In this document: positions 28,699 through 36,124 of the stretch, piece by piece | Position numbering within the stretch: position 1 is the stretch's first letter | Layout: each line of letters starts with the position of its first letter | From: Klebsiella phage ST340-VIM1phi10.1 | Sequence record: MK422455.1 | Strand: one strand, 5' to 3' | DNA: 36,124 nucleotides | Position numbers and translations under genes: made by a program | The notes under the pieces: model-generated | Database searches by the model: none | Told to the model about the DNA's origin: nothing | The model's input: the letters and a program-made list of their open reading frames with translations, nothing else

Positions 28699-28884
28699 GA
28701 GGGTTCACCTGCAGGCGCTGCAGGTCCTGCTGCGGTATCGGCGCCGGCGGATATTCCCGCGGCGAATGCGCCGCACCGGCTACCTCAGCCTGAAGGTTAA
28801 CCCACGCTGGCGCCTGTTATCGAAAGACGATGGCCGGAACTGGGAAGTTATGAGTCATGAAACCTATAACCGGGAGAAAGACAA

Positions 28885-29310
28885 ATGATTGACAACAGAA
28901 CTGTCAGCGCCATTGACCTGGCGTTGCAAAAGCACCCAACGCCAGTTGGTGATCTGTTCGCCGCGATCCGCCACGGACGCATGAAGCGGTGCTTCAGCCG
29001 GGATACCGCAATTCGTTACCTGGCGTTCTTCATGACCTCCCGAGCTTTTGGGCGTTCTGGTTTCAAGCAGCGTTATCCGGACGTGCAGGTAATTCATCCA
29101 CTGAATCCAGAACTGAGTAGCTGGCAACGTGGCGCCGTGACCACTGAGTATTTTAACGCCCACCAGCGCACCGTTCGCCGGCTGCGTCGCATCCTCGCCC
29201 GCAAAAGAGAAATGCAAAAGTGGTGCAAAAAGTGGGATGCCATGCACGACCGCTACGTGAAAGAGCGCGAAGAACTACAGGCCTGTAAGCCTGGAGGGCT
29301 GAGTCGATGA
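28885..29310 (+). CDS. Basic hypothetical protein (141 aa)
   Basis: GGGAGAAAG ribosome-binding site before ATG 28885. Confidence 0.45.
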   Translation: MIDNRTVSAIDLALQKHPTPVGDLFAAIRHGRMKRCFSRDTAIRYLAFFMTSRAFGRSGFKQRYPDVQVIHPLNPELSSWQRGAVTTEYFNAHQRTVRRLRRILARKREMQKWCKKWDAMHDRYVKEREELQACKPGGLSR

Positions 29311-29501
29311 TTGCTTACTTACGCATTGTTCTATCGGTGGTGATTGTCGCCAGCGTTTATGGGCTGTTCGTTCCGATCCTCATTTCGATGAAGGACACGA
29401 CAGCAGTTATATCCGGTTTTGCCCTGGCGATTCTGACCCCGCCGTGCATCTACGCCATTTGTAAGGGTCTTGTGCTTACCGTAACGAAGGAAAAGAAATG
29501 A
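29307..29501 (+). CDS. Small two-transmembrane-segment membrane protein (64 aa), coupled to the SPFH gene
   Basis: Two hydrophobic helices; ATGA overlaps with both neighbours. Confidence 0.45.
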   Translation: MIAYLRIVLSVVIVASVYGLFVPILISMKDTTAVISGFALAILTPPCIYAICKGLVLTVTKEKK

Positions 29502-30325
29502 AAAAAGCAATTATGGCTTCAATTATCGCACTCTCTGCCATCGGCCTTGTTGGTTGCGATCGAGTTGAGCCCGGCAACGTGGGTATCAAGGTGAATAAGT
29601 TGGGCGACGATAAAGGCGTTGGTGAAGTCGTCGGCGTCGGCCGCTACTGGACCGGCTGGAATACCGAGGTTTATATCTTTCCGACCTTCAAGCAGATGAA
29701 AACGTATGAAGACGCTTTCAACTTCCAGATGAGCGATGGAACCACCATCGGCTACCACATCGGGGTCGCGTACAAGGTTGATCCGACCAAAGTTACAACC
29801 GTTTTCCAGACCTACCGTAAAGGCGTGGACGACATCACCGACACCGACCTGCGGCAGAAAATTGCTGACGCCCTTAATCGTCTCGCAAGTCGGATGAGCA
29901 CCGATAAATTCATTGACGGCGGGAAAGCTGAGCTGCTTGAAAACGCACTGAAAGAGATCCAGTCCGATATGGGGCCGGTTGGTATCCAGGTGATCAGCCT
30001 TTCTTACGTTGGCCGTCCGGAATACCCGCCGACAGTGATCGAAAGCATCAACGCCAAAGTTACGGCCAACCAGAAGACGCTGCAGCGCGAGCAGGAAGTT
30101 AAACAACGTGAAGCTGAAGCCAACATGTTACGAGCCGAAGCCGATGGCCAGGCGGATGCAAAGCTGAAATTGGCTGAAGCAGAAGCAAAGTCTATCCAGA
30201 TCCGTGGGCAGGCCTTGCGTGAGAACCCTGAGGTACTGCAACTGGAGGCCATCAACAAATGGAATGGCACCCTGCCCCAGTACATGACCAGCGGAACAAA
30301 CACCCCTTTTATCCAGGTTAAATGA
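29498..30325 (+). CDS. SPFH/band-7 (HflK/C-prohibitin fold) lipoprotein
   Basis: Signal peptide with lipobox LVGC; SPFH core followed by a long coiled coil (EQEVKQREAEANMLRAEADGQADAKLKLAEAEAKS). Confidence 0.75.
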   Translation: MKKAIMASIIALSAIGLVGCDRVEPGNVGIKVNKLGDDKGVGEVVGVGRYWTGWNTEVYIFPTFKQMKTYEDAFNFQMSDGTTIGYHIGVAYKVDPTKVTTVFQTYRKGVDDITDTDLRQKIADALNRLASRMSTDKFIDGGKAELLENALKEIQSDMGPVGIQVISLSYVGRPEYPPTVIESINAKVTANQKTLQREQEVKQREAEANMLRAEADGQADAKLKLAEAEAKSIQIRGQALRENPEVLQLEAINKWNGTLPQYMTSGTNTPFIQVK

Positions 30326-30369
30326 TCCACCAGCCCGGCGACAAGCCGGGCACATATGAGAGGTTCGCA

Positions 30370-30948
30370 ATGCTTCAGAACATGCTTAACCCGGAACCAA
30401 CCTCAACAGGGATCCGGTCTGGAAACCGGGTGATTGGCTACTCCGCTGCTATTCGCCTGCTGGATAACGGTCGCTATGACAAACACCTTGCCGATGGAAT
30501 GGAAATTCTGGCCTGCATCATGGAAGCGGTAGAAAGCAACTGGATCACGCTCAATATCGAAAAAGAGTTGATCCTCTGGCGCTGGTTACTGGCTGCCGTG
30601 TTCATCACTGAGGAGCTGGAGAAAAACGGAACTGTCGACGTTCCGAATGATACTGGCGGTGTTGATACTGCTGTTATCTATTCCAGCAAGCATGGCGCCA
30701 TTAGCGTCTATCCGGGACCTGAACGCTTTGCACTCGCCAACCATATTGAGCTGGGGGCAATCGAGAAATATGGGCCAGAGGTTGGCCAGCAGCTGGCGCT
30801 GCGGATGTATCAGGACATGGTTATTGCTGACGAAGAATTTGGGTTCAGGTTATCAGCACTTGGCCGGGAGGGGCTTAACCTCCTCCATGACAGCTTTATC
30901 GAACACATCCAGATCGAAGGTGTGCCCGAAGCACCGATTATGCATTGA
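30370..30948 (+). CDS. Hypothetical protein (192 aa)
   Basis: GAGAGG 6 nt before ATG 30370. Confidence 0.45.
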   Translation: MLQNMLNPEPTSTGIRSGNRVIGYSAAIRLLDNGRYDKHLADGMEILACIMEAVESNWITLNIEKELILWRWLLAAVFITEELEKNGTVDVPNDTGGVDTAVIYSSKHGAISVYPGPERFALANHIELGAIEKYGPEVGQQLALRMYQDMVIADEEFGFRLSALGREGLNLLHDSFIEHIQIEGVPEAPIMH

Positions 30949-30953
30949 GGGGA

Positions 30954-31664
30954 ATGATGATGAATAACTTGATCACTAACAAACCATCCATGACCAGCCT
31001 TGAGATCGCCGAGCTGGTAGAAAAACGCCACGACAACGTGAAACGCACGATTGAGACCCTGATTATGCGTGGCGTTATTACTTCTCCTCAAATTGAGGAA
31101 AAGCCTACTGCCGGGCGCCCCACAACAATTTACGTTTTTGAAAGTGAAGAAGGGAAGCGTGACAGCATCATTGTGGTCGCGCAACTCAGCCCCGAGTTTA
31201 CCGCCAGACTGGTAGATCGCTGGAAAGAGCTGGAAGAAGAACGCTCCCGGCCAAAATCGCAGGCAGAGCTGATCGCTGAAATGGCCCTGCTGAATGTTGA
31301 GCAGGAACGACGCCTCTACCAGGTTGAAGAACAGGTGGAAACCGTAGTCGAAGCTGTCGAAAACATTAAGCGTGGAAATATGCGGGCCGGGTATGTCGGT
31401 TATCGCCAGGTGGTCGCAAAAAGCGGCATGACCGATGCCAAGTGTCGAAACCTTGTTAACGCATACCGTATCCCAACCGATACACACGAATTCATGACGC
31501 CTGATGGTTTACTGTCTCGCCGGGCGATCGTGGAGTTTGAACCTTTTATGAAAGCATTCCGCCAAATGATGGCAGAAGCCGAACCACGTGGGACCCGTTG
31601 GTATCACCCGAAAATGGGACTCTTTCAGGCTATCGGATGGGAGGAAAAACATTGTGAAAATTGA
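30954..31664 (+). CDS. rha: Rha-family phage regulatory protein
   Basis: N-terminal MTSLEIAELVEKRHDNVKRTIETL matches the Phage_pRha signature; GAGGGGA before the ATG run. Confidence 0.7.
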   Translation: MMMNNLITNKPSMTSLEIAELVEKRHDNVKRTIETLIMRGVITSPQIEEKPTAGRPTTIYVFESEEGKRDSIIVVAQLSPEFTARLVDRWKELEEERSRPKSQAELIAEMALLNVEQERRLYQVEEQVETVVEAVENIKRGNMRAGYVGYRQVVAKSGMTDAKCRNLVNAYRIPTDTHEFMTPDGLLSRRAIVEFEPFMKAFRQMMAEAEPRGTRWYHPKMGLFQAIGWEEKHCEN

Positions 31665-31878
31665 GTTTAATGATCAAGGGTCGGTTTCAGTTATCACGGT
31701 CACCAGCACCGTGTTTGAGTTCCGCCGGCACAACCGGGCGATTGATGTCGCGTTGTTCCTCACGCCTGAAATTACCAGCCAGAGCAGCGGTTTTTTCATT
31801 ATGAAAACGATCTTAAGCGGGAAGACACATCACGCGCTGCGGGCCTATAAACATCTGATCCGGGAGGCTAAGCAATGA
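31654..31878 (+). CDS. Hypothetical small protein (74 aa) starting at GTG with GAGG ribosome-binding site
   Basis: GTG 31654 lies 9 nt after GAGG; overlaps the Rha stop by 8 nt. Confidence 0.35.
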   Translation: MKIEFNDQGSVSVITVTSTVFEFRRHNRAIDVALFLTPEITSQSSGFFIMKTILSGKTHHALRAYKHLIREAKQ

Positions 31879-32087
31879 GAAACGGCCAGCATTATGCATA
31901 CCCAAATCCAAGCAACGCAACGCCTGGTGGTATGACTTATCGTCAGTATCTTATCGCAAAAATTGCACCAGTTATGATCACGAACTTCTTCAGCAACGAT
32001 GCTTGGACGGATTACGACGACCTCGCCAGAACTCTGATGATGGCTGTGGATGCCATCATCGAAGCTGAACAGGAGACAGCTGAATGA
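31875..32087 (+). CDS. Hypothetical small protein (70 aa)
   Basis: Coupled ORF; no motif recognised. Confidence 0.35.
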   Translation: MRNGQHYAYPNPSNATPGGMTYRQYLIAKIAPVMITNFFSNDAWTDYDDLARTLMMAVDAIIEAEQETAE

Positions 32088-32563
32088 CAATCTGCGAAAA
32101 ACGGCTTAAAAGAATCGCCGGCGGTGAACCTTTCTTCCCGGGCGAGGTGGTTGCGATGGCTCTTGAGCTTCTGGCGAATTCTAAAGAAACATTGCGGCCG
32201 GAATACCCTGAAACACTCCCCTGCCCGGTCATTCTTGAACCCGGCTTCCGGTTTGGCAAAGGCGTTGGCACTCACCTGGTTCTGCGAGCACTTAACAACA
32301 GGGCTAAACGTTACGCTGAATTGGATGCCATGGGTCCAGAGGCCCGCGCAGAGCATGATGCCGCTATCGTTGAACTTCGGGAAAAACTGGGTTTTGGTAC
32401 CCAAGCAAAAACAGCTGTGCAGGTGAAGCTTCCGGGACTGCCGCAGCTCGGATCTAACGCCGAATGGTATCAGGGATTTGCTGCTGGTGCAGGAAGCATG
32501 CGCGAAGCATGTGCGGCCGCTCTGATTTCTGCGGGTATTGAAATTATTGGGGAGACAATGTAA
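32084..32563 (+). CDS. Hypothetical protein (159 aa)
   Basis: Coupled ORF (ATGA overlap); no motif recognised. Confidence 0.45.
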   Translation: MTICEKRLKRIAGGEPFFPGEVVAMALELLANSKETLRPEYPETLPCPVILEPGFRFGKGVGTHLVLRALNNRAKRYAELDAMGPEARAEHDAAIVELREKLGFGTQAKTAVQVKLPGLPQLGSNAEWYQGFAAGAGSMREACAAALISAGIEIIGETM

Positions 32564-32635
32564 TGGACTGGCCAACAGCATTTTGCATCGTCGGTTGTGC
32601 GTTTGCCATAGCCTGGCTGTTTCGGAGTTAGTGTC

Positions 32636-32782
32636 ATGAATAGAGAATTTGAGATATGGATCAGACTGCGCTACGGCGGCCGCTATGACCTAACGCGAGA
32701 CGGTCACGGCTACTACAGCCGGGAAGTAGTTAAGCGGATGTATGAAGTGTGGTGCCACTGCCGTGGCCTGGAAGTGGTGTGA
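32636..32782 (+). CDS. Possible 48-aa protein with CHC motif
   Basis: GGAG 8 nt upstream; ends 10 nt before the xis start. Confidence 0.25.
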   Translation: MNREFEIWIRLRYGGRYDLTRDGHGYYSREVVKRMYEVWCHCRGLEVV

Positions 32783-32792
32783 GGTGAGTAAT

Positions 32793-32984
32793 ATGGTAGA
32801 CATTGAAATGATTGACGAGGAAGAGGCGATGCGGATGATCCGAGTATCTTCACGCGTGACCATCCGGAAATACACCGAGCGCTATAATTTCCCCAAGCCG
32901 GTCCGGACCTACCCTAAACAGTATCTGCGCTCTGCTATTGTGGAGTGGATCTTAAACGGGGGAGTCAACCAGAAATCTTCCTGA
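32793..32984 (+). CDS. xis: Excisionase (AlpA/Xis-like HTH)
   Basis: MVDIEMIDEEEAMRMIRVSSRVTIRKYTERYNFPKPV; GAGGTGAG before ATG 32793; convergent with and overlapping the int 3' end. Confidence 0.6.
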   Translation: MVDIEMIDEEEAMRMIRVSSRVTIRKYTERYNFPKPVRTYPKQYLRSAIVEWILNGGVNQKSS

Positions 32985-34146
32985 TATGCCAGAATATCTT
33001 TTCAGCATACAGATCGTAGGCGTCTTTCTGTTCGGCAATCCAGTCATGCTTGTTATAGACAGAAAGCACGCCACCAAGCTCATGCCCCAGCATTTTTTCG
33101 ATGACGTGCGGGGCAACCCCCTCTTCGGATAGCCGGGTTGCCAAGGTGCGCCGGAAATCATGTGAAGTAAACTCACCAAACCCCAACGAGTCTTTGATTC
33201 TTCTCAGAAATTTATTTGCACCAGAAATAGTTATAGGGCTTTTCAGGTCCTCGCCCGGGAAAAGTATATCCCCATACGTCATTTCAGCTTTTTTCAGCAA
33301 ATCATCTGCCGCGGAGAAAATTGGGCGCCTGATAATTTTGTTGGTTTTGCTTTTCTCTGCCGGAACAACCCATAACCCCTCCTCTCGGTCAAATTCACCC
33401 CTTATAGCCAGCCGAAGTTCGCTATTCCTGGCGCCGTACAGCATTAGCAATTGATGAAGCAATCGGTTAGAAGTTGACCCTCGACTTCTTTCTATAGCCA
33501 TCCAAATTTTGGCAAGCTGGTTATAGCTGAGTGTGGTCTCTCCAATCACAGGTTTAACACCGATGTCTTTCGGCTGCAAAAGCATGAGCTCGGTTGTGCT
33601 AACGAACTGTCGCCGCGTACACCAACCAATGGCGGACCTGAGCTGTATCAATAAATGCCGGGCTCGGCGAGGATTGATTTTCTCCTCTTCGGTAAACCTC
33701 TCAACCCACAAGCGGACTGGGATATCCTCAACCGGAATACCGGGAAAAGCGTCACGCATGTGCTTTATAACCGTTGACTTATAAAGCGCTATCGTCTTAG
33801 CCCTTAACGTTACGTCAACGTAATTTTCCTTCCAGTAATCCAGGCAATCCTTTACCGTTGGCTTACTCTTGGATTTGTTGCCACCAGCCAGCGTTCGGGG
33901 GTCAATGCCTTTGTCTGCCGACTCCCTCAGGTCTGCAACGATATTGCGGGCATCGCGCAGCGTCAGCGCTGGGTAGCGTCCAAGCCCCATTCGGTTCTGC
34001 TTTCCTTCCCATCGGAACCTAAACTGAAAGCTGATCACGCCTTTGGGGGTTATGCGAACTCCAAGCCCGTCAGAATCCGTAATTTCAGCAGGCCCAGAAT
34101 ATGGTTTACCATAGATAGAGCGAAGCTTTGTGTCACTGATTGCCAT
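32965..34146 (-). CDS. int: Tyrosine integrase (P4-like, N-terminal arm-binding domain)
   Basis: 393 aa; C-terminal catalytic region with HDFRRT ... HELGG ... Y signature. Confidence 0.85.
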   Translation of the reverse strand: MAISDTKLRSIYGKPYSGPAEITDSDGLGVRITPKGVISFQFRFRWEGKQNRMGLGRYPALTLRDARNIVADLRESADKGIDPRTLAGGNKSKSKPTVKDCLDYWKENYVDVTLRAKTIALYKSTVIKHMRDAFPGIPVEDIPVRLWVERFTEEEKINPRRARHLLIQLRSAIGWCTRRQFVSTTELMLLQPKDIGVKPVIGETTLSYNQLAKIWMAIERSRGSTSNRLLHQLLMLYGARNSELRLAIRGEFDREEGLWVVPAEKSKTNKIIRRPIFSAADDLLKKAEMTYGDILFPGEDLKSPITISGANKFLRRIKDSLGFGEFTSHDFRRTLATRLSEEGVAPHVIEKMLGHELGGVLSVYNKHDWIAEQKDAYDLYAEKIFWHIRKISG

Positions 34147-34149
34147 GTT

Positions 34150-34340
34150 AGTTTTCTGTACTCATCACTTTGGTATTTTATGTACTTATTCTGTACTCAA
34201 TATCGCATGAACGAACATAAACAACAATATCAAATCATGTACAACCATGCGCAACAATTGGCAGCACAACTAAAATAATAATAAAAAATCATATACATAA
34301 ACATCTAACCGTATTCATTCTTGTCTGAACAATCTCAACC
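34150..34340. repeat. att junction region with arm-type direct repeats TT[CA]TGTACT[CT]A x3
   Basis: TTCTGTACTCA at about 34154 and 34189, TTATGTACTTA at about 34178; AT-rich; lies directly between the int start and the truncated host gene. Confidence 0.4.
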
Positions 34341-34342
34341 AT

Positions 34343-34891
34343 GTGCAAAGCCCACACCTTGCCGAAGATTACGAAACGATGGTTCCTTTTCAGGCACTGC
34401 AGATGATTGGACACCAGGTCGATGCCGTCTGCCCGGATAAAGCCGCTGGCGACTATGTCATGACCGCAATCCATGACTTTGACGGCGCCCAGACTTATAG
34501 CGAAAAGCCGGGCCATCGCTTCACGCTGAACGCTGACTTCGCCGCAGTAAAGGCCGAGAACTACGATGCGCTAGTGATCCCCGGCGGCCGGGCGCCGGAG
34601 TATCTGCGCCTGAACGAGGAGGTTATTAAACTGGTACAGGCCTTCGACGCCGCGCGTAAACCTATCGCCGCCGTCTGCCATGGCCCACAGCTGCTGGCCG
34701 CCGCCGGTATTCTGCAGGGACGGACCTGCAGCGCCTATCCCGCCTGCGCTCCGGAAGTGCGCCTGAGCGGTGGGCACTATGCGGATATAGGTATCGACCA
34801 GGCGCATGTGGACGGTAACCTGGTTACCGCCCCCGCCTGGCCGGCTCATCCACAGTGGCTGGCGAAATTCGCCGCCCTGCTGGCGGAATAA
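34343..34891 (+). CDS. DJ-1/PfpI family protein (YhbO-like), 5'-truncated relative to the family (possible pseudogene)
   Basis: Conserved ICHGPQLL nucleophile elbow and [15 protein letters not shown]. Alignment by eye to YhbO/PfpI shows about 10-12 N-terminal residues (first beta strand) missing. Only a GTG start is available. Confidence 0.55.
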   Translation: MQSPHLAEDYETMVPFQALQMIGHQVDAVCPDKAAGDYVMTAIHDFDGAQTYSEKPGHRFTLNADFAAVKAENYDALVIPGGRAPEYLRLNEEVIKLVQAFDAARKPIAAVCHGPQLLAAAGILQGRTCSAYPACAPEVRLSGGHYADIGIDQAHVDGNLVTAPAWPAHPQWLAKFAALLAE

Positions 34892-35028
34892 CCATACTGA
34901 GCCGGCGTTTTTATTGAGCCACCCGCTCCCCTGCGGGAATCTATGCCTCAGCGCGGTGTTTAGTCTCGGGTAAACGCGCTGTTGTATGTTATGCCGATGG
35001 CGGGGATGCGCCACGATTTACCGCTTAT

Positions 35029-35085
35029 CTTCAGGGGCCGGTTAAAAAACCAGCCCCTGATAGATTTATCGCTGCCCTGACGGGC
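35029..35085. terminator. Bidirectional terminator-like hairpins between convergent genes
   Basis: 8-bp inverted repeat TCAGGGGC ... GCCCCTGA (35031-35060) with an A6 loop, plus GCCC-tgac-GGGC. Confidence 0.4.
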
Positions 35086-35089
35086 ATCA

Positions 35090-35566
35090 TCAATTCAGCA
35101 ACGCGATCTGCTTGACCACTATTTCATTGATTTTATAGATTATTTCAGGAGTTACGCGTTCTTTGATATCGCGGTCAACAAATACCCGAATGCAATATTT
35201 GATGATTTGATACTGATTTAACTTATCACCACATTCAATTAACGGTTTTATTTCGTAGCGGTTCTTAAGATCTTTCACCAAAAGCTTAACTTCGGTTTTA
35301 TCCAAGTCTTTAAAGGCGCAGTCGGAGACAATATCAACGGCAAATTCATGTGGTTTGAAATGAGGCTGTAATACAGAAGTCAATAACCCGGTGAGTTGAC
35401 TCTTCCACGCCTTATTTTCCTTGTCAGCGATGTTAGCTTTATACACAGAGTGTTTGGCCTCATAGACCTTCGACCATGGGTGTCGGTTAATAATGTCATC
35501 AAGTATTTTTTTATTAACCGCCTCGGTATCGCTGATATCTATCCATTCACCAACCTTGTCATTCAA
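35090..35566 (-). CDS. Hypothetical protein (158 aa), downstream partner of the HD-domain gene
   Basis: About 33% GC; 24-nt gap from the upstream gene; no motif recognised. Confidence 0.5.
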   Translation of the reverse strand: MNDKVGEWIDISDTEAVNKKILDDIINRHPWSKVYEAKHSVYKANIADKENKAWKSQLTGLLTSVLQPHFKPHEFAVDIVSDCAFKDLDKTEVKLLVKDLKNRYEIKPLIECGDKLNQYQIIKYCIRVFVDRDIKERVTPEIIYKINEIVVKQIALLN

Positions 35567-35590
35567 AAAATAATCATCACTGCACGCCAG

Positions 35591-36124
35591 TTAAAAATCC
35601 TTCAGCGCGTCGATGAAGCTTTCATCGCTATGGTCAACGATACGGTCGGTAACGTCAGCGATAATGACATTTTGTGGATCCTTGCTTTGCATAATCTCAC
35701 ATAATGTGCTCAACATCGTCGCAAAGGCGCGGTTTGTTTTATGGTAATATACCTGCGAAAAAAGGCTGGAGCGCGCCCCAATAAACTCAGCGATCGAATC
35801 AATCCCACTCTCTTTGTAAGCAAGGTACAATTTTCCCTGTTCCTCGACCGGGACAATTGACATAAACAAGCGATTGTAATCGTAGATGCCACACTTGACG
35901 CCGGAGAAATAGCCATCTCTGAGCAAGTAATCCATCCGGTCGGCATCGATCGGACAGGAAGAGATGATCGAGGTCATTAACGGCAGGATATCTGTTGCCT
36001 TTCCATTAATTTCCTCAATGATCTGTTGGTCACCGTATCTTTTTTCGATAATTTTTAACACATTTTCGATATTTATTTCGTCATCGACCTTACCTTGTTT
36101 TCTCAGATCATGATAAATCATCAG
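35591..36124 (-). CDS. HD-domain phosphohydrolase, dNTPase-like (C-terminal part; N-terminus outside window)
   Basis: DADRMDYLLRD matches the DxDRxDYLxRD metal-binding motif of SAMHD1/Dgt-type HD dNTP triphosphohydrolases; AT-rich. Confidence 0.55.
   Translation of the reverse strand: MMIYHDLRKQGKVDDEINIENVLKIIEKRYGDQQIIEEINGKATDILPLMTSIISSCPIDADRMDYLLRDGYFSGVKCGIYDYNRLFMSIVPVEEQGKLYLAYKESGIDSIAEFIGARSSLFSQVYYHKTNRAFATMLSTLCEIMQSKDPQNVIIADVTDRIVDHSDESFIDALKDF

Noticed and set aside
28670-28888. 72-aa arginine-rich ORF (RYRRRRIFPRRMRR)
   Set aside because: It has a GTG start and sits in a GC-rich palindromic region. The arginine richness follows from the CGG/CGC-rich DNA. Mentioned only as a possible alternative antiterminator-like peptide.
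34150-34340. Search for a tRNA or tmRNA gene at the integrase-proximal att site
   Set aside because: The region is AT-rich, with no cloverleaf-compatible GC stems and no TPsiC-like GTTC motif. Integration appears to be into a protein-coding gene instead.

Overview
About 34.3 kb of this 36.1-kb window (1 to ~34340) is a temperate prophage with lambdoid regulation, sitting in a ~55% GC enterobacterial-type background.

Minus strand, from 26484 down to 1:
- Regulation and replication: cro, a cII-position ORF, an SF2 DEAD/DEAH helicase with a C-terminal zinc ribbon, a zinc-ribbon/TOPRIM primase, a hypothetical protein and antiterminator Q, followed by a pR'/tR' late regulatory region.
- Lysis and packaging: an S21-like pinholin, a SAR endolysin and an overlapped Rz/Rz1 pair, then a GrlR-family moron with its own terminator, then terminase small and large subunits.
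- Head: a Mu gp29-like portal, a MuF protein, a scaffold/protease candidate, a decoration-like protein, the major capsid protein and head-tail connectors.
- Tail and baseplate: sheath, tube, a chaperone with a programmed -1 frameshift extension, a tape measure protein carrying an SLT lytic transglycosylase domain, then a Mu-like baseplate (hub, V-like spike, W-like, J-like, gp48-like).

Plus strand: a LexA/S24-type cI repressor with a strong terminator, an operator-like site sharing a 13-bp motif with OR, then a long early-left operon. The operon includes an arginine-rich-motif protein, an SPFH/band-7 lipoprotein with a small membrane partner, a Rha regulator and an excisionase. A tyrosine integrase is convergent with the excisionase.

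The integrase-proximal junction has direct repeats that look like arm-type sites. It abuts a 5'-truncated DJ-1/PfpI-family (YhbO-like) host gene. Beyond that gene lie a bidirectional terminator and an AT-rich two-gene cassette whose upstream gene (truncated by the window end) encodes an HD-domain dNTPase-like protein.

Accessory regions most worth follow-up:
- An AT-rich two-gene operon at the cI/pL immunity hotspot (27421-27916).
- A low-GC three-gene moron inside the baseplate cluster (3029-4211): a secreted protein, a small ORF, and a HEXXH metallopeptidase-like protein whose ribosome-binding site is buried in a hairpin.
- The HD-domain gene pair at the window end.
- The GrlR-like moron.
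- The SPFH module in the early-left operon.
- A G-quadruplex-prone tract flanked by 9-bp direct repeats upstream of the replication genes.

No tRNA, rRNA, CRISPR array or transposase was seen. All functional calls rest on motif recognition by eye and remembered family signatures, not on database searches.
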